64,000 nt of DNA, from contig CM119264.1 of the NCBI GenBank assembly GCA_051294375.1, forward strand, positions 31,252,135-31,316,134, read 5' to 3'. The notes under the pieces are model-generated. The model had not been told where the DNA came from and made no database searches. It saw nothing but the letters and a program-made list of their open reading frames with translations. This DNA comes from Paraspadella gotoi. Lineage: Eukaryota; Animalia; Chaetognatha. Positions 18,998 through 31,796 of this stretch are shown here, piece by piece. The position numbers and the translations under genes were made by a program. Within the stretch, counting starts at the first letter, position 1. Each line of letters opens with the position of its first letter.

Positions 18998-21056
18998 ATT
19001 AATTAATTAATTATTCTAGCGACGACGAAGGTCTAACCTGGAAATACGCAGGCTACGCAGCCGGAATTCCTTGGGATCGAAACAAAAGGGAAGTGAAATT
19101 AAGAAAATAGGAAAAAAACAAAGGAAATAAATGGAGAAACAAAAAAGGGGGAAAGAAACAAAGAAACAACAAAAAAGAAGAAAGAAACAAAGGAGGGAAA
19201 AAGAGAAACAAAGAAAATAGAGGAAAGAAATAACGGGAACAAAAAAAAAACAAAGGAAAGAATAGAAAGGATAAAAAGAAACAAGGGAATGAAAGAAAAG
19301 AAAGAAAGGAAAGAAAGGAAAAGAAATATAGAAAACAATATCTTTCATCAGATCGGGAGATTTTGTTCCTGACGAATGTCAAATGATAGAACTAGACGAC
19401 GGATCTGTCATAATCAACGCCAGGAATCAATATCATTATCATTGCAGGTGAAAGACTATCACTATCATTATCATTGCAGGTGAAAGACTATCACTATCAC
19501 TATCATTTCGGGAGATGAAAAAGTTTCAGCTTAGTTTTTATTTTATTTTATTATTTATTTTTTAATGGTGGGTTCTCTTTTGTTTTTGAAGCTTTTTTCC
19601 CCCATTCCTAAGAATTCCGTAGATGTCGCTTTTCAATATACGTCTTTTGTTTCTCATTCGTTTTTTTTTCTCAGATGTCGAATCATAATGAAAAGTTTTG
19701 ACGGTGGTGATTCATTTCCCGCGGAACACATTAAGTTGGACGAAAAGTAAATACAATTCAATACGTATAACTAAACAAAAACCTCATAAATCAAGAAACA
19801 AATTATTTTTAAACAGCTCGTTAATTAAGATTAATTTAATTAATGTTTTCCCGTTCTTTCAGCCTTCACGATTCTGCCGTGAGCGCATCAACCATTAAAC
19901 ATCGAGGAGTTCTCTACTTCGCCAATCCTGACCATCCGAGATTCAGGGTCAAACTTACTCTCAAGTGGTCGTATGATGAGGTAAGTCGTCAGCTGAGATA
20001 ATATTCGGTGTAAGATATCGACTAAAAACCTTTGCAGGTTCCACTCTACTTGTGTACCATCAAATTTAAAGACAAATTTGAAATATGATTTTTATAAATG
20101 CTTATTTAGTTCTTCAAATTATACACCTGTTATTTCGGCATAAATAGCTTTAACCATGTACAATATACAATATTATACATATTACATACCATATACATAT
20201 AAAAGGCAAAAAATTATGCAAAGTATTCAAATTAAGAAGTAAACTAAGATGTAATTTTAGTAATTTTCTATTTAGATATTTTTTAAATGTTGGGTATCCG
20301 GTGAGTGCGGTATAATTACAATGGGCGTTTCTTTTGTGAGTCAGTTGACCTTACCATCAAAGCTGAACTACTTTCCTTCCGCAGGGTAAACGATGGGAAC
20401 CCTCTGGTCTGGTCGTGTGGCCTTGGACCAGCGCTTACTCTGCTCTCGTGTCCATCGTGGTAAGTGAAATAATAATATTATGGCAACAGCCGGATTGCCT
20501 GTAATGCCCATTGGGCATCTCACTGTTGGCTTTGGGGGCTTCCGACCCTCAGTGACGCCTCCAGTCACTGGCGCGGTTACCCTAGGACGGTCTCGCTTTG
20601 CCAACGCAGAGGGAAGTCGTTAGGACTGTGGATAGAACACTACGCCTGGGATGGTGTGTTCCCCCTCTGAGCCAATGGATTTGGCTGAAGGATGGTGGAC
20701 ATGAGGCGGTGTGAATATACCACCACAATATAATAATAAAATAATAAGAACTAATAACTTCATTTTATTTTAAGAAAACGCTATATTTCGACCACTAAAT
20801 CCTTTATTAAATGATGTACCAATTGCATAATAGGATATAAAAAATAATTAAATAAAATTAATATGTGAACAATTTAAAATTGTTTTCGTAAAAAACTAGT
20901 TTCTGCTTTCATAATAGTTTTCATAATCGCAGACTCATTTGCATTTTGTTTGCAATTCAGGAAGTGGCACCAGATGGACATTCAGGTCGACTCGGAATTC
21001 TCTACGAGAGAGAAAGCTATGACGAAATCGCCTTTGCCAGAATCATCACTCCTTAG
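8986..21056 (+). CDS. NEU1: NEU1-type sialidase (GH33) with a ~1,800-aa N-terminal low-complexity extension; 15 exons, ~2,182 aa
   Basis: Exons 8986-9808, 10587-10669, 10747-11753, 12548-14073, 14386-16262, 16738-17005, 17309-17445, 18208-18385, 18703-18826, 19020-19088, 19352-19447, 19675-19746, 19863-19980, 20385-20459, 20961-21056 sum to 6549 nt in one frame. The catalytic domain has YRIP, EGRK, Asp boxes ([32 protein letters not shown]), [38 protein letters not shown] and LYE, colinear with human NEU1 as recalled. The sialidase part (16738-21056) is high confidence. Linkage of the five upstream exons rests on splice-phase compatibility. Confidence 0.85.
12286..12332 (-). pseudogene. 3' half of tRNA-Leu ending in CCA
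   Basis: The minus strand reads caccagtctctacggaggcgtgggttcgaatcccaccgctgcca-cca, matching the variable arm, T arm and acceptor of eukaryotic tRNA-Leu. The 5' half and anticodon are absent. Confidence 0.85.
16315..16445 (+). mobile_element. Putative tRNA-derived SINE (related copy on the minus strand at ~36780-36900; similar heads at ~25580-25735 and ~26186-26350)
   Basis: Shared blocks gtgg(t/c)t..., gatcgatcccc, ccct(g/a)cgggaag and acggcc. A/B-box-like gtggctcattgag and ggttcaatccc occur at 26186-26234. Confidence 0.55.
17545..18205. repeat. Polypyrimidine minisatellite (ccccatctccctctctct)n in a NEU1 intron
   Basis: Direct reading. Confidence 0.9.
20480..20745 (+). mobile_element. GC-rich ~250-bp insertion with a (TAA)n tail, SINE- or retroposon-like
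   Basis: Abrupt GC-rich block in an AT-rich intron, flanked on both sides by aataataat; single copy in the window. Confidence 0.4.
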
Positions 21057-22042
21057 GGACGAACGATTCGCCTTTTTTCTTAGGGACGAAGAGACCAATT
21101 TTGAAGGGATTTTTGGTGACATTTTAAGTTTTTTAAGGGAAGTTCTGACCCGGAGGAATGGTCTGACCATTTATGAGTTACCTGAGTAACCAACCAGACA
21201 CATTAACCGGTTTTTCTGCAATATTTTAATTATGCAATATATTTAATAGCTGTTAAAGATATTTTTATCGCTATGTTATTTTATTGTATATTTTTTTTTC
21301 ATCAGACAAATGAAACGAAATTAATTTCACGTTTTCTTAAATTGGGCATTTTTCGACGCCAGTATCATAATTTGCTTACCCAAAAAAATTAATTATTTTT
21401 CGCATTTATTATCATCTTCTTTGCGTCTTTTTTCTTGCCAACGTCATTTTTTTAAATGTACAAAGTCATGTTTGTTTGGTTTTAATTTTTTTCAAATGTT
21501 TATAAAATGTATAACATTACTATTTTACAAGGAAAACAATGCATACAACAAATTTTATGTCTTTTCCTCCTCCTCCTCCTCCTCCGAGGTATAGTCAGGG
21601 CAGTTATTCGACCACTTTTCGACTCTCCTCCTGCTCTTCCTCTCTCATTTCTCCCTCACTCTTTCCTCCTTTTCTTTTTCTCCTCTTCCTCCCTCATTTC
21701 TCCCCCGCTCCCTCTTCCCCTCCTGCTCTTCCTCCTCCTCTTCCTCTCTCATTTCTCCCCCGCTCCCTCTTCCCCTCCTGCTCCTCCTCCTCCTCTTCCT
21801 CTCTCATTTCTCCCCCGCTCCCTGACTGACTCCCTGACTGATAATCAATCGAATTCGATCTTTCGACCGGCAAAATCGATCGCTGCGACTTTTCGACCGT
21901 TTGCGAGTCGAAGAGAGGTTGAAAACCCCGCTTAGCTTTACCTCTCTCATTTCCCCTCCTGCTCCTCCTCCTCCTCTTCCTCCCTCATTTCTCCCCCGCT
22001 CCCTCCTCCTTCTTCCCCTCCTGCTCCTGCTCCTCCTCCTCC

Positions 22043-23363
22043 TCATCTCCTTTGAGCAAAGCCTGCATCTTCGGGTCTTTGCGATGTTCCCCTCGATGTT
22101 CGGCCATCCTTGAGGAGATGAGATGAGATGAGATGAGATGAGATGAGATGAGATGAGATGAGATGACGAAAAAAAAAGGTAGTTGCTCAAAATTTATGAG
22201 ATGAGATCAAATTAGTTAAACGAAAAGCTGAATCAAATTAGTGAATTACATTAAATCAAATTAATTCTACCACTAAATTACTAACTGAGAAGAATAATTG
22301 AGTTAATTAATCAGCTCATTTTTAGATATAATTTGAGACGAGAGCCAACCTTGTGTGGATGTATTCTTCGTCCCTGTTTCGAAAAAACGTCAAATGTTTT
22401 GTTCCTCGAAGATTGACGATGTTTCGTGTCAGATTCTCGATGACTTCTGGACAATGTTTCGACTTGTCCAGCGCCTTGATGGAGAGAAACGAAATGCTGG
22501 AGTTGTTGACGGAGTAATTGATGAAGCTAGACCAGCGAATGTTCCAATGTTTTTATCATAAAAATACAATATTCTTCAATGAGATAAATAGTCATTTTAA
22601 CAAAGAAAGAAAATTTAAGGAATTTAACCAAATTCGAAATGAGAAATTGAGCAAATAATTTAAATTTCTTTTTTTTTTAAACAAAAAAGTGTTTTAAAAA
22701 AACAATAATGGAGATTAGGGTGCACCGCAGGGACTTTCTTATCGGGTCCATTTCCGTATATGATTGCCACGCACTGAATTCGAATTCCTTTCTTAATTTT
22801 CATACGATTTTGGGTCACTTGATTAATTTTAAGGTGATAAGGTTATGAGAATTTTTAACGTAAGTGGAATAGACCGACCGACCGACCCGACCCCGACCGA
22901 CGCGACCGACCGACCGACCGACCGACCGACCCGACACCGACCGACCGACCGACCGACCGACGACCGACCGACCGACCCGACGCGACCGCACCGACCGACG
23001 ACCGACCGACCGACCGACGACCGACCGACCGACCGACCGACCGACCGACCGACCGACCGACCGACCGACCGACGACCGACCGACCGCACCGACCGACCGA
23101 CCGACCGACCGACCGACCGACCGACCGACCGACCGACCGACCGACGACACGACCGACCAGACCGACCGACCGAGCCGGAAAAGTGGCATATCTACGATTC
23201 CGAAGTCCCTCACCTTCTGAATACGAGTCCCTCACCTTCTGAATGTTCAGCTTTGTCTCCTTCGTTAAATTCATTACGTGATTAACGTCACGAATCTGAA
23301 TTAAAAATTCAGGTGGAGGACGATAGAGAGAGATTCTTTCGGCGTTGGGAAATGAGAGAGAAA

Positions 23364-23426
<63 letters not shown>

Positions 23427-25508
23427 CTGCTTCAATATATAATAGACGTCGCTGTTCTCCTGATCAACTTTGTCGATCATCTGCTTCATTGCGAATCTGT
23501 ATCTCGCGATAGCCAAAGCCATTCGAATCATCGCCCCAGCAAAGAGGACGAGAAGGACAAGCATCAAAACTCTGTGAGTTGTGAGAAGTGAGATGTGAGA
23601 GATGAATGTGAAAATTTAAATAGGAATAAAATTAAGTATTAATTATTAAGTATTAAGTATCATACAATTGAAACTTTGAAATATTATACCACTTTATTGA
23701 TAGGGAGGTATTCTGGGAGTGAATAAACGAGACTGTGAGAGAGTCTTGATTGAAAGCTTGCAGGGACCTGCTATGTCATTATCTTGTAAGAGTGATGCTG
23801 ATGGGGGCCTTAAACCCCCATAGCCTTAAACCATCATAGCCTGACCAAAGTCATGAGCAAGATAGCTTGTTTATTAAATGAATGGATTATCTTCATATTG
23901 GTTGTACGAATTTCATAGAAATTAGAACGGTAAATGTAAGCTCGGCGTGAAAGGTGAGTATTTCAAAATATGCCAAATGAAAGTGACGACTCTGCAGTGA
24001 GAAATCTTAAATATTGTTAAAAAGACTATTGACTACCTCTCTTTAACGTCCGGTATTTTTAAAATAACCCCGCATTATTTAAAATTAAATACTTGTATCT
24101 GCCGAGAAGAATGCAGGCTGGCCAGAGATAAAATTCTGATGGATGAAGCAAACAGTCGTTCATGGTAGAAGCGAGAAATAGATAACCCGTCCTAAAATAA
24201 ATGAATACATTCTATTAAAATATAAGAATGAAAGAGAGAAAATAAATTTAATTAGGTCCAAACTTAAATTGAATGAATTTGATGATTACTCAGACAATTA
24301 TTACGTAATTGAAACGATCCAATCAATCAATTACAATATGAAATCAATCATTCACGCACATACTTAAATCTCGACTGATATGAAAAAACTTGTAATATAA
24401 GCAAAACAAAGAGAGGGTTGCTTATAAATTTTCTTTCATACTGATAGAGAAGTACTTGACTTTTGTTTTCCGCCGATTCGCAAAATTCTAGCTGGCATGT
24501 GTTTCAATTTTATAAAGATTTTTCTAAGAAGGTAAATTTCTGAAGAAGCAAAATTTTTACTTTTATATATTATATAAATTATATTATATTAAATTTATTA
24601 TTCTTAAAAAATTCTAGCTGGCATGTGTTTCAATTTTATAAAGATTTTTCTAAGAAGGTAAATTTCTGAAGAAGCAAAATTTTTACTTTTATATATTATA
24701 TAAATTATATTATATTAAATTTATTATTCTTAAAAAAGATATTTCTATTAATCCTTAAAATTCTCATTGAAAAAATTCAATTTTTTTTTAATGGCTAATT
24801 TTTTTTGATAGATAAGAAAATTCTGTAAAACAAACCGGAATGAAAATATTTTGTTTACAAAAATTTTCAAAATTACTTGTTTCACTTGTTTCTATTTTTA
24901 AATTTTATAAAGGTTTTACTATTTATTATGAATAATACTGAATTATTATGAATAATATTCAATCACGTTTCCCATTTAAAATCTAAAAAAATAAAAAATA
25001 ATAAAGAATAATAATAAATAAATAATAATTACCAAAGTAAACATAAACGTCAAGTAGTTTTCTAACAAATAAATGTAATAAAAATCATATCCAACAATCA
25101 ATCAAACCAATAAAATTAAAATAAGCAATCAAATCAATTAATCAATCAAATCAATAAAATTAAACTAAGCAATCAAATCAATTAATCAATCAAATCAATA
25201 AAATTAAACTAAGCTATCAAATCTATTAATCAATCAAATCAATAAAATTAAACTAAGCAATCAAATCAATTAACCAATATATATCCCTCACTGCTCGTAA
25301 TAAAAGGGTCCACAGTAAGAACTATGCGGTCTCGTCCAAACGTAAAAGAGCGAGAGGCCGAATCCGAACAAAGCCAGAATGAAGAGAATGACGAAGTAGA
25401 TGGTGTTGCCCATTCGGGTTCTCATTCCCTGAGCTTTGGATCGGGAATCTGAGACAAAGCTGAGGTTGAAGAGACGACCGTAGAATAGGAGGAGCTGGAA
25501 AGAGAGAC

Positions 25509-25540
<32 letters not shown>

Positions 25541-28500
25541 TGTGGCGAATCCGAAATTTGCCTCCCGTACAGCTTGGTGAAACTCAGCTCGTCTCATTGG
25601 CTTAGACAGCTCATTCTGGGTTCAATCTCCTCACGGTCACACAGGTTAAAGTGAGATGGTGTAGGCATAAACACGCCAGTGACATGGGGTGGTCACTGCA
25701 GGTCCAAAGCCCTGAGCGCCAGCTGTCGTGAGAAGCCTGAACGGAGGAGAGAATCTGAATGACTGACAGATTAATTGATTGGTTCAATTGATTGATTAAT
25801 TTTTGAAGGATTGACGAATGGAGGAGAGAATCTGAATGACTGACAGATTAATTGATTGGTTCAATTGATTGATTAATTTTTGAATGATTGACGAATGGAG
25901 CAGAGAATCTGAATGACTGACAGATTAATTGATTGGTTCAATTGATTGATTAAACCAAAACACTTGGACTCACAATTTTCACGATGGCGACATTGATGAT
26001 TCCGGGTGAAGTGAGAAATCCGATCCACGAGATTAGACATGTGAAACAGATGTCGAGTGAATTAAATCCGACGTGAAAACCAAGAGGAAAAGCATCTCGC
26101 ATGCACGCCTTTTGATGGAGTGAGGGTTGATGGGTTTGTGATGGTGATGGGGTGAGACAGCTGCTCGGGTTTTCAAATTTAACCCAGTGGCTCATTGAGT
26201 AAGCTCATGAGCATCGTGTACCGGGTTCAATCCCAACCCGATGTCTAGTCTACGAGCGGTGTGAGGGCGGCCTTTATTCAGCCTGAGGGGCGTTTCGACC
26301 CCCTTAAGCTTGGTTCCAAGCCGAGGACCCGTTCCATCGCTGATCGAAGGAGTTTATGAAATTATCTTGAGCCCATTTAAATTAGCGCTTAAATCCGTAG
26401 CTGATTTTTTAAATTTTAGAGAGCCCCCAAAAAAGCTAAAAAACAGTGAAAAAAAGGTATTGTCAGTAGTGTTCCGATAACCGTTAACTGTTAACGGTTA
26501 TTAACGGTTAACGGTTAAAAATAATTTTAACTTAACCGTTAATATATTCATTTTAACGGTTAAATTCGGTTAATTTTCAAATGTGATTTTTTTCATTTTT
26601 TGGTATGAAATCTTTAAATTTAAAAAAAAACCTATTTTTTTTATGTTCTCTCTTATTCTCCTCTCCCCTTCTCACCATATTTTTACCCCTGTCTCTCTTC
26701 TCCAATTTTTCCCTGCTTTTTTTCTTTGTTATTTTCTCCTTTTTTTTCTATCCTCATCTCTCTCTTATTCTTTCTTCCCCTTTATTTATCTCCTCCTGTT
26801 CCTTTCTTTTTCTTTCTCACTTTTCCCCTTTTTCTTTCCCCCTTTCTTTTTTCTCCTTTTTTCGCCCTTTGCTTTTACCTTTTTCCTTTTTTTTTGCCCT
26901 TTCATGCAATAATATATATTCAATTTAGCTAAAAATAAATAATCCCTATTTTACTTTTTCTCTCTTTTTCTTTCCCTCTTTAAAATTAACAAAGAAGCAA
27001 ATGAAATAAAACCGAATGAATGAAAAAAATGAATAAAAACCAAATAAAAAAAATATTTTAAAAAATTTAAAAATTAATAATAGAAAGAACGAATCTTAAA
27101 AAAGACATATAAAAAAGAATAATGATGAAATACTTTTTAATTAAACTGAAAAATATATTTTTAATCAATAAATATTTTGATCAATCGATAAATCAATCAG
27201 TCTATCAATAAATTAAAATTCATATTTATATTTATGGTCAATGACCATTGGTCATAGTTTATGAAAGACTAACAACAGAAAACAAGCGTTTAAGAAACTA
27301 ACAACTACAAAAATAATGGGGAATAGAAGAAGTAGAGAAAGAAAAAGAGAAAGCAAAAGAGATAAAGAGAAAACAAAATATAGAATTAGAATTTGATGGT
27401 ATCCTTTCGTTTCGTTGTGTTATGAGATTAGCAAAAATATTTGTTTTGTTACAACAACAATTTTATTTGACATAAAATATAGACATGTTTCGACTCTCTT
27501 TCAAGTCTTTATCAGCGCATTCAAGAGCCAGAGTTAAAAAGAAAATACCATTAAATACTTTATTTTGTTTTAAATCTTAATATTTTAAATTTAAAGTTGA
27601 ATTATAAAATTAACCGATCTTAACGGTTAACCGTTAAAAATGTTAGTTTTAACGGTTAAGCGAATTTCCTAAAAAATTAACGGTTATCGGAACTCTAATT
27701 GTCAGTTCATTTAATATTAAAAGCATTTTTTTAATCAACTGCTTGTACCTACAAACTAACTGACCCCCGACTTGCCCTGTCTAACCCCCGGCTTGTCCTT
27801 CCCTCCCTTAAAAACCTTGTCCTTTCCTCCCTTAAAAACCTTGTCCTTCCCTCCCTTAAAAACCTTGTCCTTCCCTCCCTTAAAAACCTTGTCCTTCCCT
27901 CCTTTAAAAACTTTCCTCCTCCCTTAAAAACTTGTCCTTCCCTCCCTTAAAAACCTTGTCCTTCCCTCCCTTAAAAACCTTGTCCTTCCCTCCTTAAAAA
28001 CTTGTCCTTCCCTCTCTTAAAAACCTTGTCCTTCCCTCCCTTAAAAACCTTGTCCTTCCCTCCCTTAAAAACCTTGTCCTTCCCTCCTTAAAAACCTTGT
28101 CCTTCCCTCTTTTAAAAACCTTGTCCTTCCCTCCCTCAAAAACCTTGTCCTTCCCTCCCTTAAAAACCTTGTCCTTCCCTCCCTTAAAAACCTTGTCCTT
28201 CCCTCCCTTAAAAACCTTGTCCTTCCCTCCCTTAAAAACCTTGTCCTTCCCTCTTTTAAAAAACCTTGTCCTTCCCTCCCTCAAAAACCTTGTCCTTCCC
28301 TCCCTTAAAAACCTTGTCCTTCCCTCCCTTAAAAACCTTGTCCTTCCCTCTTTTTAAAAACCTTGTCCTTCCCTCCCTCAAAAACCTTGTCCTTCCCTCC
28401 CTTAAAAACCTTGTCCTTCCCTCCCTTAAAAACCTTGTCCTTCCCTCCCTTAAAAACCTTGTCCTTCCCTCCCTTAAAAACCTTGTCCTTCCCTCTTTTA

Positions 28501-30129
28501 AAAACCTTGTCCTTCCCTCCTCAAAAACCTTGTCCTTCCCTCCCTTAAAAACTTGTCCTTCCCTCCCTTAAAAACCTTGTCCTTCCCTCCCTTAAAAACC
28601 TTGTCCTTCCCTCTTTTAAAAACCTTGTCCTTCCCTCCCTTAAAAACCTTGTCCTTCCCTCCCTTAAAAACCTTGTCCTTCCCTCCCTTAAAAACCTTGT
28701 CCTTCCCTCCCTTAAAAACCTTGTCCTTCCCTCCCTTAAAAACCTTGTCCTTCCCTCCCTTAAAAACCTTGTCCTTCCCTCCCTTAAAAACCTTGTCCTT
28801 CCCTCCCTCAAAAACCTTGTCCTTCCCTCCCTTAAAAACCTTGCAAGCTTCGATGTTAGCGGCGATGATTTGATAAAAAACCAGACGAATTAAAAGTGGA
28901 GATACAATGATTTTCCAAAGAGTGACGAAAACATCCCAGACCATAATTCGCCAGAAGAAACCGGAAAGCACATTTTCCCAACACCCCTGAGAGAAGCGGG
29001 AGTGATTTTGATATCATTATGATCTCACCAAGACGAGTGATTTTGATATCATTATGATATCACCAAGACGATTCAAAGTACATTTTTGGAGCTACGAATA
29101 TGTTTTCGGCTCTATTTCAAAGTCAAATTTCTGTTTGTTATCCCTAACCGTAACCCAAACCCAAATATTTAACTAAATATTTTACTAAATATCCCTAATC
29201 ACTAATCCTAATTCCGTACTATTGCTTAATTCATCATTCTATTCCCTAACCCGAACTGTATTTTTTAATCCTAAACCCTAATAACTAATATTTATCCAAA
29301 TTTCTAACCATATTCTTAAACTAACCCTAATCTTTAATTTAATCAAGAATTAAACCAAATTCACAAGTTGAGTTGAAATGGGTTCATTGGTTTCTAATAC
29401 TTCATCTTTTCTAATACCTTAAACCCTCTTCTCTATCTTACTTCTCTATCTTACTTCTCTATCCTACTTCTCTAACCACCCTCACCATCTGACAAAGGGA
29501 GCAATAGTCGTTCTTGAACTGTCCGCAAGAGAACTTGACTAAGAGAGCTTGAAAAGTGGCCATGATTGTCATCAGTCGGAATACAGCGAGACGCAGCACG
29601 TTGTAGATCATTGTTGTTTTCTCTGGGAGGCGTTCTATGATAGAGAGAATGCCGAGGAACTTGGGGAAGAGATGAGCGAGGAAGAGGAGGGTCTGAGAGG
29701 GAGAGGGGGGGGAGAGAGGGAGGGAGAGAAGGGAGAGAGGGAGAGAGAGAGAGAAAAGATGTTGTAAGTCACGGTGGATATCTTTAGAAAGCGTTGGTTG
29801 AATTTTATTATTGTCAAGATAAAAATAAGGAATTGAAAAAAAATTTAATTCTATGTAAATGTTGGGGATATTAAAATCACAGTGTAATATATAGGACACC
29901 ACACATATTACTCCTACGATGCCATTAGAATTATTCTCTTAAATATTTCAAAACTTATGTTTAACCAAAAGAAAGATTTATGTGGTTTATATGTAAAATC
30001 ATTTGCTCAAAAACCAACTGAAATCGAATAATCAATTCTAAAAAAAGATCACTTACATGAGAAAAAAAAAATATCGATCCCAAAAACTATACTATACTTA
30101 TATACTTGACATTTTCCAATAATTTCCCA

Positions 30130-30223
<94 letters not shown>

Positions 30224-31738
30224 TAATAATACTTTACTAAAAGTGTAATTTACCATTTTAGCTCAGCATCGATAAAACCAGAACTCGATGTCTTTTGTTT
30301 CACTTTTGCTTCTTAATCGAAAGATTTCGCTCTCAACAGTCTCAACTTTCACGAGACAACAAAAGCATATACAGTAGAAATAATCACGAAAATCTAATTT
30401 ACATATAGCAGTGTTTATCACATTAATGATTTAAAGAGTTCTAATGAATACTTAGAATCGTATTTTTGATCAACTATTGTTGAAAAAATAGTTAAGTTTC
30501 GTTATAATATAACAGTAATGGCAAAAATCTTCGTTTTTTAAGTTAACTTACTTTTTTTAACACGAAATTTTAAAATCATTCCAATGCTGCGTCTGAAATG
30601 GATCATGTTTGGTAAATACGAAAATTTTACCCTTAAAATCAAGACCATACTTACCAGGATCATTTCTGTAGTATGTGTCCCAGGTCCCTTGAACTTTTTT
30701 GTTCAAACCTGCAAACCACGATGATGTGTCGAAAGTCGGTTCCTGAGCGGGAAACAATGACTTGGCTTTTGCAACTGCAATGGCCGAGTCTCTTGATGAC
30801 CGTTCTTCCTTCTCTTTTGAAGGATGAGGGAACTGACTTATTCTGAGTGGCCCATTTACATAATAAAAACTTGACCGGGGAAATTGTTAAGATATGTAAC
30901 TGTAAAGTTATCTTTCAATTTCTAAATCCCTGTATGTACTTATCATCAAGTAGTAATGATAAGAATCCTGTACGTATTTACTTATCTATTCGTTAATTTA
31001 GTTTTATAAATTAATAATTTTATACATACCGACGAGTTCTTTTCATGGCGGGTCATATTAGATAATCTATCTCATGTACTGAATTTTTACGTTTTTATTG
31101 TTACCGATACTGTTGGATTTAACAATTGCGTTAATATCGTTTTTGTTATTAATAAAAAAAAGTATTGAATGCACGCAAATATTCATAGTCATTATTCACA
31201 GTTCATTATTCGCAGTCACATCGTTGACTTGAAAGGCAATCAATTCCCTGCACTCACCGTTGCCGGAGCGAAGTCGTTGAAGAAAGTGGTGAGCGCCGTG
31301 ATTGGCCAATTGTAGCCAGTCTCCCAAACCCCTTGCTCTTTCCATATCTCGATCTGATACTTGGACACCGCGCCCCTCCGCTGAGTCGCTTTCACTTGAT
31401 CGTATTCCGTCGTTTGAGATAATTGAGTGGAAGTCATGAAGTCGACGACAAAGTAGCCACCGACGAGGGCGCCAGCGTAGATGATGAAGGTTATGATCTG
31501 AGGGAGGGATTGGCGAGGGGAATGGGAGAGATAGAGAGCGAGAGGGAGAGAGGGAGAGAGTGGGAGGAGAAAGGGAGGGATAGAGAGCGAGAGGGAGAGA
31601 GGGAGAAGGAAGGAAGAGGAGGAAGTTAAAATTTAAAATGATATTCTTTAAAAACTCATGGAAAAAGTTTTATAATATAACTTTTCGTATTTAATAATTT
31701 TAATTGCGATAAGTTTAACCTGATGTGAAAAGAGAAAG

Positions 31739-31796
<58 letters not shown>

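Noticed and set aside
27775-28843. CRISPR-like appearance of regular short repeats (also 3977-4655 and 49160-49610)
   Set aside because: The units are head-to-tail with no unique spacers, there are no cas genes, and the context is eukaryotic (mostly intronic).
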